From Smithellaceae bacterium (lineage in GTDB: Bacteria > Desulfobacterota > Syntrophia > Syntrophales > Smithellaceae): a DNA stretch of 64,000 nt. The stretch lies in the NCBI GenBank assembly GCA_963682015.1, contig OY820932.1:3034618-3098617 (forward strand), written 5' to 3'. The first letter of the stretch is position 1. Each line of letters starts with the position of its first letter. The notes beneath the pieces are model-generated. The model had not been told where the DNA came from, did not search any database, and was given only the letters and a program-made list of their open reading frames with translations. This document shows, one piece after another, positions 9,720 through 18,908 of the stretch. The position numbers were made by a program, and so were the translations under genes.

Positions 9720-10946
9720 TTACTCCCCGGCGGCGCAAGAAAGCCGCCCGATTTCTTTTTGTTGAGACCTTGCCAGTGTGATCACTGAGTCGATATTGCT
9801 GTCCGCCTTACCTTCGGCGATTCCGGCGATAAGCGTCAATTCCACGGACTCGCCCGCTTCGGCGTGGCAGGTTTTTTCCCGGAGCATGGGAATCATATGC
9901 CGGTTAAAATCCTGGGCAAAATCATTCACGATATTTTCAGTTTCGGTGACCGTCGAATACGGAACCATGGTGAGGATTTCATTGGCGCTCCGGCGTGTGG
10001 AAAAGCCGCCGAAATCGCTGAAATGCCTGTCAATATATATACCCATGGTTTGTAATGCCTCCTGCGTTGTATCGTATCCGACGTTGAATTCCTCCAGCCG
10101 GAAGACCACCAGGCAGTATGGTTCGCCAAGCGATCTGCGCTTCATCTGGACGTGATTGAGAATCTTGAACTGGCGCTGGGAATACAGGCCGGTCAGTTCT
10201 TTTTGCAGCGCCTCCAGCGAATTGATGACCTCGTCCATGAATGGATGGTCAAAATCTTCCAGCTCTTCCGGTGTTCCCTGGAAAACGATCTGGCGGTTGT
10301 ACAGGGCGAGGATGCGGTTGGAGATAAAATATACGTCAGGAATTTCATGGCTCACCAGGATGGCGGTAAAATTAAATTTCCGCTGATACTGGGCGATCAT
10401 GCTCAAAATGGCATTTTTCCGGACCGGGTCCTGGCCGGTGGTCGGTTCGTCAAACAGCACAATTTGCGGATCGGTGATCAGCGCGCGGGCCAGCGCCGCT
10501 CTTTTTTGCATGCCTCCGGAGAGTTCTGACGGGTATTTGTTTATGGCTTCCGTCAGTTCCGTTTGCTTGACCCGGGCCATGACACGCCGGTGAATTTCCG
10601 ATTTCTTTAAACTGGTGGTTTCCCGGAGCGGCAGAGCGATATTGTCATAAACCGTCAGGGAATCGAAAAGGGCGTTGCCCTGAAACATGTAGCTGATCCG
10701 GGCATAAGACGCATCCACCTCCGATTTTTTAACCCCCGTGATGGGTTTTCCGCGGAAGAGAATGACGCCATCATCGGGCTCGATAAGTCCGATGATATGT
10801 TTGAGCATCACGCTTTTACCCGACCCGGAAAGCCCGATAATCGTCGTAACCTGCCCTTCGTAAATTTGCAGATTCACGCGGTCCAGGACGGTTTTTTCGC
10901 CGAAGCGTTTAGTTACATTTTGAAATTCAATCAGTGGTGTATCCAT
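9720..10946 (-). CDS. mlaF: MlaF-type ABC ATPase with a C-terminal degenerate GGDEF-like domain
   Basis: Walker A GLSGSGKS, signature LSGGMQKR and Walker B VLFDEPT are present. The extra ~160 aa align by eye to GGDEF (LTGLYSQRQF, LVVFRLEEFNVGYD, RRSANEIL in place of RxGGDEF, IAGIAE). Confidence 0.8.
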   Translation of the reverse strand: MDTPLIEFQNVTKRFGEKTVLDRVNLQIYEGQVTTIIGLSGSGKSVMLKHIIGLIEPDDGVILFRGKPITGVKKSEVDASYARISYMFQGNALFDSLTVYDNIALPLRETTSLKKSEIHRRVMARVKQTELTEAINKYPSELSGGMQKRAALARALITDPQIVLFDEPTTGQDPVRKNAILSMIAQYQRKFNFTAILVSHEIPDVYFISNRILALYNRQIVFQGTPEELEDFDHPFMDEVINSLEALQKELTGLYSQRQFKILNHVQMKRRSLGEPYCLVVFRLEEFNVGYDTTQEALQTMGIYIDRHFSDFGGFSTRRSANEILTMVPYSTVTETENIVNDFAQDFNRHMIPMLREKTCHAEAGESVELTLIAGIAEGKADSNIDSVITLARSQQKEIGRLSCAAGE

Positions 10947-10955
10947 TCCATCTCT

Positions 10956-11741
10956 CTAGATCAACAGGGATGTTACAACATAATCCGAAACCAGGATCAG
11001 TACGCAGGAAGTCACTACCGCCGACGTGGTGGCCAGCCCCACGGCCTGAGCGCCGTGACTGTCATGGCGCATATGAGCGAAGTAACCCTGGTAACAGCAC
11101 ACCGTTGCGACGATTACCGCGAACACGATGGATTTGACAAAGCCGTTGGTGACATCGCTTAACGCCACATAAACTTGCGTGCTGTGCCAGTAATTGCCGG
11201 CATTGAGGCCCAGCAGGATTACTCCGGAAAAATAGCCGCCCAGAATGCCGATCAGATCAAACAAGGCCGTAAGCAGCGGAAAGCTGATGATGGCGGCAGT
11301 AATTTTGGGGCTGACGATATAGCGCATCGGATCAATCCGCATGGTTGAGAGCGCGTCAATCTGCTCGCTGATGCGCTGGATGCCGATTTCGGCGGCGATC
11401 GCCGAACCGGCACGGGCTGTAATCATGATAGCAGTGAGCACCGGTCCCAGTTCCATGATCAGCGAGAGGGCCACCAGGGATCCGACGGCGCCCTCCGCCC
11501 CAAACTTGGTCAACGAGTGATAGGATTGCAGGCCCAGCACCATCCCGGTGAAGAGGCTTACCAGCATGATGATTGTAACGGACCTGGCTCCGATATAATA
11601 AACCTGGCCGATAATTTTCGAAAACTGTTTACGGCTGAATGTTTGTCCCAGCGCCAGAACAAGGAATATGGCCGCCGCTCCGAGATTGCCGACCCAGCCG
11701 ATGACCTTCCCGCCGATAAACACCAGGGGGCGGGTAAGCAT
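10956..11741 (-). CDS. mlaE: MlaE permease
   Basis: The multi-TM MlaE pattern is present (EQIDALSTMRIDPMRYIVSPK). The start at 11741 (AAGGAAG RBS, 261 aa) is preferred over the ORF-track start at 11816. Confidence 0.8.
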   Translation of the reverse strand: MLTRPLVFIGGKVIGWVGNLGAAAIFLVLALGQTFSRKQFSKIIGQVYYIGARSVTIIMLVSLFTGMVLGLQSYHSLTKFGAEGAVGSLVALSLIMELGPVLTAIMITARAGSAIAAEIGIQRISEQIDALSTMRIDPMRYIVSPKITAAIISFPLLTALFDLIGILGGYFSGVILLGLNAGNYWHSTQVYVALSDVTNGFVKSIVFAVIVATVCCYQGYFAHMRHDSHGAQAVGLATTSAVVTSCVLILVSDYVVTSLLI

Positions 11742-11968
11742 GGTTTCCGCTTCCTTTATTGCCTTGCTCCGGGAACCGTTTGGAGGATTTGCAGCCAGAA
11801 ACATTAAGATTTTCATCCTTTACAGTTTAGATTATAATCGGACGGTTGCGGATACTAACATCGCCGACCCTATTTGACAAGCACTTCCTTGAAGCGACAC
11901 ATGGTCTTGACATCAAAAAAAATTATGTCTAAATTACCGCAGCAAATATAAGGTGGAGAAAAAGGCAG

Positions 11969-12502
11969 ATGACCCGCTGCTTCAGCAAAACGGAAATTCC
12001 GCTGGCGACAAGAGCGTTTAACGATGCGGAAAAACTGATTTCCCGCCAGTTTCGTCTTGGCGAAGACGTTTTGCGTAGTAACAAATATGAAGTAAAAACG
12101 CTTGCTTTTTTGCAGGAGCATGAAGTAAAAGACGGCGCGTTTGCACATCTGTGCAAGTATTCTTTTGAAAAGCCTTCGGTTCTGACGCCTGAAGGTAAGG
12201 AAGGTTTTGATTTTTATCGGGTTTGTCTGCAGGACAACATTATCCTCGATGCCGTGCATCGGGCGAATTCTTTTATTAAATTAAGCCCTTTGATGCTTTA
12301 CATCGCCGTCCACGAATTGATTCACGTCATGCGCTTCGGCGATGGAACCATTGATTTTGACGCATCACAGGCAGATAGAGAGCAGGAAGAAAAAATTGTG
12401 CATAACCTGACCCGTGATACCCTGCGGGCGGTTCGGCAAAGTGATATGGATATGATACTGGACTGCTTCAGCAGCCGGTTTGCGATTAACGATATTAATT
12501 AA
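11969..12502 (+). CDS. Hypothetical protein with HExxH motif
   Basis: The ORF is well separated from its neighbours and contains IAVHELIHVMRFGDG, a possible zinc-metallopeptidase motif. I did not recognise a family. Confidence 0.4.
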   Translation: MTRCFSKTEIPLATRAFNDAEKLISRQFRLGEDVLRSNKYEVKTLAFLQEHEVKDGAFAHLCKYSFEKPSVLTPEGKEGFDFYRVCLQDNIILDAVHRANSFIKLSPLMLYIAVHELIHVMRFGDGTIDFDASQADREQEEKIVHNLTRDTLRAVRQSDMDMILDCFSSRFAINDIN

Positions 12503-12519
12503 TGTGAGGAGATATACAC

Positions 12520-12801
12520 ATGCCAATCTACGAATATAAATGCAAAAAGTGCGGAAAGCAGTTTGAAGCGTTTCAGGGGATCAGTGAGCCGGATTTGAAA
12601 ACCTGCACGTTCTGCAAGGGAAAAGTTCAGAAGATGATGTCCCTTTCTTCTTTCAGTTTGAAGGGTTCCGGATGGTACGCGACTGATTATGCCGGGAAAA
12701 AGCCGCAGCCGGCCAAAACGGAAAAAGCAGAATCATCGACCGGTGAAAGCGCTACGGCATCGACGGAGTCCTCATCGACTTCGGCAAGCAAGGAAGATTA
12801 A
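12520..12801 (+). CDS. FmdB-family zinc-ribbon protein
   Basis: [16 protein letters not shown]....CTFCKG is the CxxC..CxxC FmdB signature. A Ser/Thr-rich tail follows. Confidence 0.8.
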   Translation: MPIYEYKCKKCGKQFEAFQGISEPDLKTCTFCKGKVQKMMSLSSFSLKGSGWYATDYAGKKPQPAKTEKAESSTGESATASTESSSTSASKED

Positions 12802-12882
12802 AAAAATAAGCTATTTAACGCGGACGTACATCACGGTCTGTAGATTCAAAGATCTCTAAAGTAAAGCTCGACAAGATCACAT

Positions 12883-12916
12883 AAAAAAGCGGCGTATCCA
12901 AATGCCGCTTTTTTTG
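12883..12916 (+). terminator. Rho-independent terminator
   Basis: AAAAAAGCGGC-loop-GCCGCTTTTTTT lies downstream of the FmdB gene. Confidence 0.7.
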
Positions 12917-13075
12917 TGGCCGGGCTGCTTTAACTGCCAGTTATGATCGGGATATTTTAGTTGGAAGGCGATCTTTCCGATAAGAGATATGTAACTGTTT
13001 TAAAAAGAAATCAGGAATGAGATCCACAGAGGGAAGGCTGTTGCCAGAACTTTAACAAGGAATAAATGAGCTGCA

Positions 13076-13885
13076 ATGATAAAAGTGAAGCATAAATTGT
13101 CTGCATCAAGACCACGGAATCCGGCATTTTTAAAATGGTTGCCCTATTGGATGTTAGGGATATTCGTAGCGCCTTCCTGTCTGTTTGGCGGGGAGATGCC
13201 CACTACCTATGATAAAACGACAATCCGGTATCCGTCCATGTTTGTCGGCCAGATCTGGGCGAAGAGCGGAGAATCTTCGACGCCTGTTCACGAAAGTCAG
13301 GAGGGACAGGCTTCAGCCAGGAGCCGGGAAAACTCTTCATCCGATCTAAAAACAAACCCCGGCAACAAAGGGGCGGCAACCGAGAAAAATTCGACTCCGG
13401 TCAAGAAGAATTTGTCCCCCGCCGGTGCTCAACGTTCTCCGGCGGTAAATAAAGAAGCAGCTCAGGATTCTGAAGCTAAAAAGAAATTAAAGCAAAGACG
13501 TTTGAAAACCGTACAGGCGTTGAAAGGGCGAAACGAGTCTGCCAAAGCCTCAAATCAGGAATCACCTCTACCGGCTGCCGGTAAGGAAATTCAGAAAACC
13601 TCCAATGAAAAAACCATGCAGCTGAAAAAAACGGCATTGTCCAGGGGAACCGGTATCGCAACCTCCAGAGCGAACTATCCGGGGAAAAACTGGCATCACA
13701 AGAAGGAACTTTACGATGTAGAATGCGGACAAAAACTGGCAAGGGTTGTTGTTACATATTATTTCGATAAAGAAGAAACGCTGCTTAACTCAAAAGTAAC
13801 ACCCGATGCAGAGTGGTACCATATTTACCCCGGATCACTGGAGGAAAGGCTTTACGTGGAACTGTGCCATCCCAGTATGTATTAG
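13076..13885 (+). CDS. Hypothetical membrane-anchored or secreted protein, low-complexity middle
   Basis: N-terminal hydrophobic segment, a Ser/Lys/Ala/Pro-rich linker and a small C-terminal domain. No family recognised. Confidence 0.4.
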   Translation: MIKVKHKLSASRPRNPAFLKWLPYWMLGIFVAPSCLFGGEMPTTYDKTTIRYPSMFVGQIWAKSGESSTPVHESQEGQASARSRENSSSDLKTNPGNKGAATEKNSTPVKKNLSPAGAQRSPAVNKEAAQDSEAKKKLKQRRLKTVQALKGRNESAKASNQESPLPAAGKEIQKTSNEKTMQLKKTALSRGTGIATSRANYPGKNWHHKKELYDVECGQKLARVVVTYYFDKEETLLNSKVTPDAEWYHIYPGSLEERLYVELCHPSMY

Positions 13886-14030
13886 CCGGCGTGTCTTATC
13901 TTCCGTCGTATGAACGCACCCCTTTCTCATGCTTCATGATAAAATCGCATGAAGAAACCTTCCTTTTCCAAAGGGAGGATTTTGAGAAGAAAACCCTGCA
14001 TTCGGGAGAGCTTTGACGACTTACCCATTT

Positions 14031-15071
14031 TTATTCTTGTGCAAAGTACGCCTGCAATTCCCTGCACAACTGCTCCGGAACGATGGGGCAGATGATTTCG
14101 TCGTGCAGCTTTTCAAAATAGTTCAAATCGCTGGTACCCAGGGGATTGAGTTCAAAACGCGGTACGATCTTACCCTGCACCCAGAAGTTTTTGTCCGGGG
14201 TCATTGTCGCATACAGTGACAGGTTGAAACTCATAAAATTGTTGATATATAAATTCTGGAACACCCGGGAAAGTCCTGAGAGCAGCTCATCAAAGTTGGC
14301 CTGTGTCAAATCAAAGAAACAAGTTTTCTCTTTGAAGTAAAAATCAACTTCACCGGCCATTCCTTTTGGTGAGAAAGCGGTAAGCCAGGAAATGACGCCG
14401 GTTGTGGAGATAAAGCGCTCTGCGGTTTCCTGTTCGATCACCAGAAGATTTCTCCAGAGATTGCCGCCTCCGGAAGCCTGCGCATAGTTTTGCGCGCTGG
14501 CCAGGAGCCGCCGCATGAAACTGGTCGGATTTTTACCCACGATGGTCTGCAGGTGGGGATGGATGAGGCCACCTCCGGCGGGCGGCATGTAATTCCAGTT
14601 GATGGAACAGTACTGATAGCCTTTCTGCAGCTCGGCCATGCGGTACAGATAATCCCTGCAGACGGCAAAGCCGTCGCGCATCGTGTCCGCTGTCAGCTGA
14701 TCGAGTCCGATAAAATGCCGCGGGGAAAAGGTCGCCACGGTATTGGTGGCGTCATAAGGAAAGGCGTTGGGAAAAAGCCAGGCTTCGCCATGTCTGAACT
14801 TTCCTTCCTCGATAATATCCGGTACGAATTTCGGCGTCAGCTTTTCAAAGAGGTCCGGGCAAAACGGGCAGATGGAAGACGGCGATTTTTCCAGGTAGGC
14901 CTCTGTGTCGGGTTTCTGGGCCGGGCGCACCCGATAGGGCAGAATGCGGCTGGCCACGCCTGTGATTTCATCGTAGCGAACTTCGATTGGCAGTTCCTTG
15001 GGATTGAATCCGTCAAAGGGATTCAGATAGCAGCCCGTGGTCAACTCTCTGTGGAATCCGATTTCTTTCAT
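14031..15071 (-). CDS. GalT-branch HIT-superfamily nucleotidyltransferase (galactose-1-phosphate uridylyltransferase-like)
   Basis: A CPFCP zinc motif and GGGLIHPHLQ (HxHxQ) are present. The start at 15071 overlaps the upstream stop as ATGA. Confidence 0.65.
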   Translation of the reverse strand: MKEIGFHRELTTGCYLNPFDGFNPKELPIEVRYDEITGVASRILPYRVRPAQKPDTEAYLEKSPSSICPFCPDLFEKLTPKFVPDIIEEGKFRHGEAWLFPNAFPYDATNTVATFSPRHFIGLDQLTADTMRDGFAVCRDYLYRMAELQKGYQYCSINWNYMPPAGGGLIHPHLQTIVGKNPTSFMRRLLASAQNYAQASGGGNLWRNLLVIEQETAERFISTTGVISWLTAFSPKGMAGEVDFYFKEKTCFFDLTQANFDELLSGLSRVFQNLYINNFMSFNLSLYATMTPDKNFWVQGKIVPRFELNPLGTSDLNYFEKLHDEIICPIVPEQLCRELQAYFAQE

Positions 15072-16126
15072 AGGGTGTCCTTTTCTGGCGATGCTGGTGT
15101 TTGTACTGTAGGCTGACTTTTCTTCAGGCATTGATCGAGAAAGCGATCAATGCTTTGCTGGGACAGGTCTCCCTGTAATTCCGTTTTCAGAACCTCCAGG
15201 GGAATCTCCATACGGGCGGCGCTGCGGTGGCCGCCTCCCTGGCCGATGAGGCCGCAGGCGCCCTGCGCGATAGCCCCGCAATCCTGACGGTAGCCGTCGC
15301 TCCGGAAAATAATAACCAGTTTGTCTTTGACGATTCCCGCGACGACCACATAGTACGTGCCGATCAGGTGCAAATAGAAATCCGCCACCTGTACGCAGAC
15401 ATCGGGGCTTTCCACGGCTCCCAGGAAACCGACGCGTCGGCCGCGGTGATGCTTCATGGCATGGAAGGCATGATCGAAATATTTCAGGTAACTCCTAGGC
15501 GTCTGGTTGAGTTCGATGCGCCGGATCAGCCTCATATTGGCGCGCCGCGAATGAAAGGTGTAGGCGCGGATGTCTTCGGTCAGCGTGGCGCGATCGAAGT
15601 TGTCCGTGTCTGTTTTGATTCCATAGAGCAGGGCCGTGTGCAGACTGCGGGGAATGCGCATATGCGCGCAGAGCAGGTACTCCGTTAAGACTGTGGACAG
15701 CGCTCCGTACTCGGGGCGGATGTCCGTGACGGGAGCCTCCCAGTCACCCCGGCGGGGATGATGATCGAAAACAACGGTAGGTTTGATATGCGAAAATGGT
15801 TCTGAAAAAAATGAAGGCTGTGCGTCGACCAATGCGATATGACTGTAGGCGGCGGCATCCACCTGGGCAAGCAAGCGGATATTCAGGCGCAGGGCGTTGG
15901 CCAGTTCTCTGTTCTGATGCCGCCGGAAGGGCTCCGTTGCGGCAAGCGTACAGTGGGACAGCCCTTTGAGGCGTCGTAACATTTCCCGCAGCGCCATGGC
16001 GGAGGCGATTGCGTCCGGGTCCGGGCTTCCATACATTAAAATAAGCAGGGAATTGTCAGGGTGAAAAAGATCAAGGAGCTTTTTCAAATTCTGTTGCGTT
16101 TCGGTTTGGGGGGGCAATCGATTCAA
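15068..16126 (-). CDS. DHH/DHHA1 phosphoesterase (NrnA/Pde2-like)
   Basis: Motifs DPDAIASAMAL, DHHP and GGGHRSAA (DHHA1) are present. The size is typical of stand-alone DHH-DHHA1 enzymes. Confidence 0.75.
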   Translation of the reverse strand: MNRLPPQTETQQNLKKLLDLFHPDNSLLILMYGSPDPDAIASAMALREMLRRLKGLSHCTLAATEPFRRHQNRELANALRLNIRLLAQVDAAAYSHIALVDAQPSFFSEPFSHIKPTVVFDHHPRRGDWEAPVTDIRPEYGALSTVLTEYLLCAHMRIPRSLHTALLYGIKTDTDNFDRATLTEDIRAYTFHSRRANMRLIRRIELNQTPRSYLKYFDHAFHAMKHHRGRRVGFLGAVESPDVCVQVADFYLHLIGTYYVVVAGIVKDKLVIIFRSDGYRQDCGAIAQGACGLIGQGGGHRSAARMEIPLEVLKTELQGDLSQQSIDRFLDQCLKKSQPTVQTPASPEKDTL

Positions 16127-16156
16127 GCTAAAGAGTCCTTTGCGTCCGCCGTAATT

Positions 16157-17209
16157 TTACACAATGAGAATTTTACCCGGATGATCGCCGGTGACTTCTC
16201 CCACAATTGCCGCTCCTGCGATTCCTGAGGAGCGCATGGTTTCCACCAGGGTGTCGGCCCCGGATGAAGGCAGGCTGAAAAACAGTCCGCCTGCCGTCTG
16301 CGGATCAAAGCAGATGTCAAAAATCCAGTCCGGGCAGGAAGGTGCTTTTTCCACCTGGTGCATACGGTAATTGCGGTTGCGGTAAAGACCGCCGGGAATA
16401 TAGCCGGTTTCCACCAGGTCCTGCACGCCCTCCAGAATCGGTATCGACTTTGCGTAAATCCGCAGCCCGACTTCGCTGTCCTCGATCATTTCGCAGGCGT
16501 GTCCGAAAAAACCGAATCCCGTTATGTCCGTGCAGGAATGAATCTCTCCCGCGGCAATCATCAGATCGGCGGCTTTTTTGTTAAGCTCGGTCATGCACGC
16601 CGTTGCTTTTTGCACCAGCGCCGGATCTGCCGCGCCGGCTTTGAGCGCCGTGCTGACAATCCCGGTGCCCAGCGGCTTGGTCAGGATCAGCCTGTCGCCC
16701 GGTCTGGCGCCCCGGTTGAAGAGTACTTTTGCGGGATGAATCGTTCCGGTTACCGCGAGGCCGTACTTGATTTCATTGTCTTCCACGCTGTGCCCGCCGA
16801 CCAGCAGCACGCCTGCTTCGCGCATGGTATCCAGTCCTCCGCGCAGCACTTCCTTGAGCACGGATTTGTCCATGGTCTTTACGGGAAAACAGACAATATT
16901 CATGGCGGTGAGGGGCTTGCCGCCCATCGCGTAAATATCGTTGAGGGCGTTGACCGCAGCGATCCGGCCGAACGTATAGGGATCATCAACCGTCGGCGTG
17001 AAGAAATCCACGGTCTGCACCAGCGCCAGCTCGTCGGAAATTTGATACACGCCCGCGTCTTCCGCATGTTCAAATCCGGTCAGCAGATGCGGATCGGAGA
17101 TGAGCGGCAAATCAGAAAGAATTTCAGACAGGTCACCCGGACCGATCTTGCAGGCTCAACCCGCGCTCTGGACGGTTTCCGTCAAACGGACTGGAATTTT
17201 CCCTTCCAT
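16157..17209 (-). CDS. selD: Selenide, water dikinase (selenophosphate synthetase) with in-frame UGA selenocysteine
   Basis: The ORF-track product starts at PLISDPHLL. Reading upstream in frame gives MEGKIPVRLTETVQSAG-U-ACKIGPGDLSEILSDL, with TGA at 17156-17158 in the position of the catalytic Cys/Sec of SelD. An AIR-synthase-like fold follows. Confidence 0.85.
17126..17148 (-). promoter_or_regulatory. Candidate bacterial SECIS hairpin
   Basis: Eight nt after the UGA lies AGAUCGGUC-CGGGU-GACCUGUCU, a 9-bp stem with one mismatch and a G-rich apical loop. Confidence 0.45.
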
Positions 17210-17467
17210 TGTCTCCTCAATTAAAATCGAATTGAATTCGCTTCACCGGGGGAAGCTCTTCAATTTTTTAACATAGAAGTCCGCATTTTCCAACATGATT
17301 TACATCTCCGCGGGGAATGATTTGCCCGTCCGGTGTGTGCCGGATGCAATCCCCGCGCAGGGAACGGTTTCAAACCGTTCCCTGCTTTTATCCGGTGTCA
17401 TTTTTTGTTGATTTATTGCCGACAATCAGATTATAGAACAATACCTTTTTTGAAAAGGATGAAGAGG

Positions 17468-18850
17468 ATGTCGATTCGTTATTACAGCACCAATCGCCTT
17501 GTGAATTCTGGGGGCATAACGCCCTTTACCGGGAACGTCTCTTTCAGGGAAGCATTACTGGCAGGGCAGGCGCCGGACGAAGGTTTGTTCGTCCCCGACA
17601 CGATTCCGCAGTTGTCACCCGAAGATATCCTCAGCCTGCGGGACAAGCCATACTGGCAGGCGGCGCTTCTGATCGCAGAGGCTTTTTTATCCGAAGAATT
17701 TTCCGGCGACGTTTTAACCGCCGTCGTGCAGGACGCTTATGATTATCCTGTACCGCTGGAAGCGGTCTATCCGCGCGCATTCATTCTGCGTCTCGATCAG
17801 GGGCCGACCGCTTCCTTCAAGGATTTTGCCGCCCGGATGATGGCCCGGCTCATGAGCCACTGCCGTCCTGAAGGCGAACGGCTCAATATCCTCGTGGCGA
17901 CCTCCGGAGACACCGGCAGCGCCGTCGGCGAAGCATATAAGGGAGTGCGCGGGATTGACGTAACCATCCTGTATCCCAAGACGGAAGTGAGCCTGATACA
18001 GAAAAAACAGCTCGACACCATCGGCGGCAACGTGCAGGCTCTGAGCGTGGATGGAAAATTCGACGACTGCCAGAATCTGGTGAAGGAGGCTTTTGCCGAT
18101 AAAGAGCTCTCGCGGTTTAATCTGTCCTCGGCCAATTCCATAAATTTCGGCCGCATCCTGCCCCAGATCGTCTACTATGTTTATGCGTACGCGCAGCTTG
18201 CCGGTTCAGGAGAGGAAGTGGTGATTTCCGTACCGTCCGGCAATTTCGGCGACGCGCTGGGCTGCGAATACGCCCGCCGCATGGGGATGCCTCTGGCCAG
18301 GCTGGTAATGCCCACCAACGAAAACGACGAATTTCCCATATATCTCGAAACCGGCAAATACACCAAAGTGTCGCCTTCGCGCGCCTGCATTTCCAACGCC
18401 ATGAACGTGGGCCATCCCAGCAACCTGGCACGATTCTTTGAGCTCTATGGCGGAACCGTCGATCGCGTGGGTGTTGTGCACCGTTATCCCGACCTGGAGG
18501 AAATGCGCCGCCGCATCTTTTCCGTCAGCATCACCGACGGGGAAACCCGGCGGACCATCAAAAGCGTTTACGAGCGCTACCGCGTGATCCTGGAGCAGCA
18601 CGGAGCGGTGGGCTGGGCAGGCCTGGAAGCCTACCAGAAGAAAACAGGCGATTCCAAACTGGCCATCTGCCTGGAAACCGCGCATCCCGCGAAGTTTCCG
18701 GAAGAAATCAAAAGCCTGCTGGGCATTGATCCCGAACTTCCGGAAAGCATGAGGGGCCTGGAAAAGCGCACGGGCAGCGCGGTCGCCATGTCCGGAGATT
18801 TCCCGACATTTAAAAAATACCTTCAGGACAATTTAAAAATAAAAGAGTGA
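17468..18850 (+). CDS. thrC: Threonine synthase
   Basis: SFKDFAARMMA (PLP lysine) and TSGDTGSAV are present and the length is right. The start at 17468 follows a GAAGAGG RBS, and product-like sequence begins at MSIRYYSTN. Confidence 0.85.
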   Translation: MSIRYYSTNRLVNSGGITPFTGNVSFREALLAGQAPDEGLFVPDTIPQLSPEDILSLRDKPYWQAALLIAEAFLSEEFSGDVLTAVVQDAYDYPVPLEAVYPRAFILRLDQGPTASFKDFAARMMARLMSHCRPEGERLNILVATSGDTGSAVGEAYKGVRGIDVTILYPKTEVSLIQKKQLDTIGGNVQALSVDGKFDDCQNLVKEAFADKELSRFNLSSANSINFGRILPQIVYYVYAYAQLAGSGEEVVISVPSGNFGDALGCEYARRMGMPLARLVMPTNENDEFPIYLETGKYTKVSPSRACISNAMNVGHPSNLARFFELYGGTVDRVGVVHRYPDLEEMRRRIFSVSITDGETRRTIKSVYERYRVILEQHGAVGWAGLEAYQKKTGDSKLAICLETAHPAKFPEEIKSLLGIDPELPESMRGLEKRTGSAVAMSGDFPTFKKYLQDNLKIKE

Positions 18851-18908
18851 TTGCCTGAAAATGTCATCTGACAGGCCAGGCTGAACGAATCCATGGAAAC
18901 AATGGAGT

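Noticed and set aside
17333-17467. The upstream start of thrC given by the ORF track (505 aa).
   Set aside because: The extra 45 residues (MCAGCNPRAG...) are Cys/Arg-rich and cover the hairpin at 17357-17385. Product-like sequence and the RBS support 17468.
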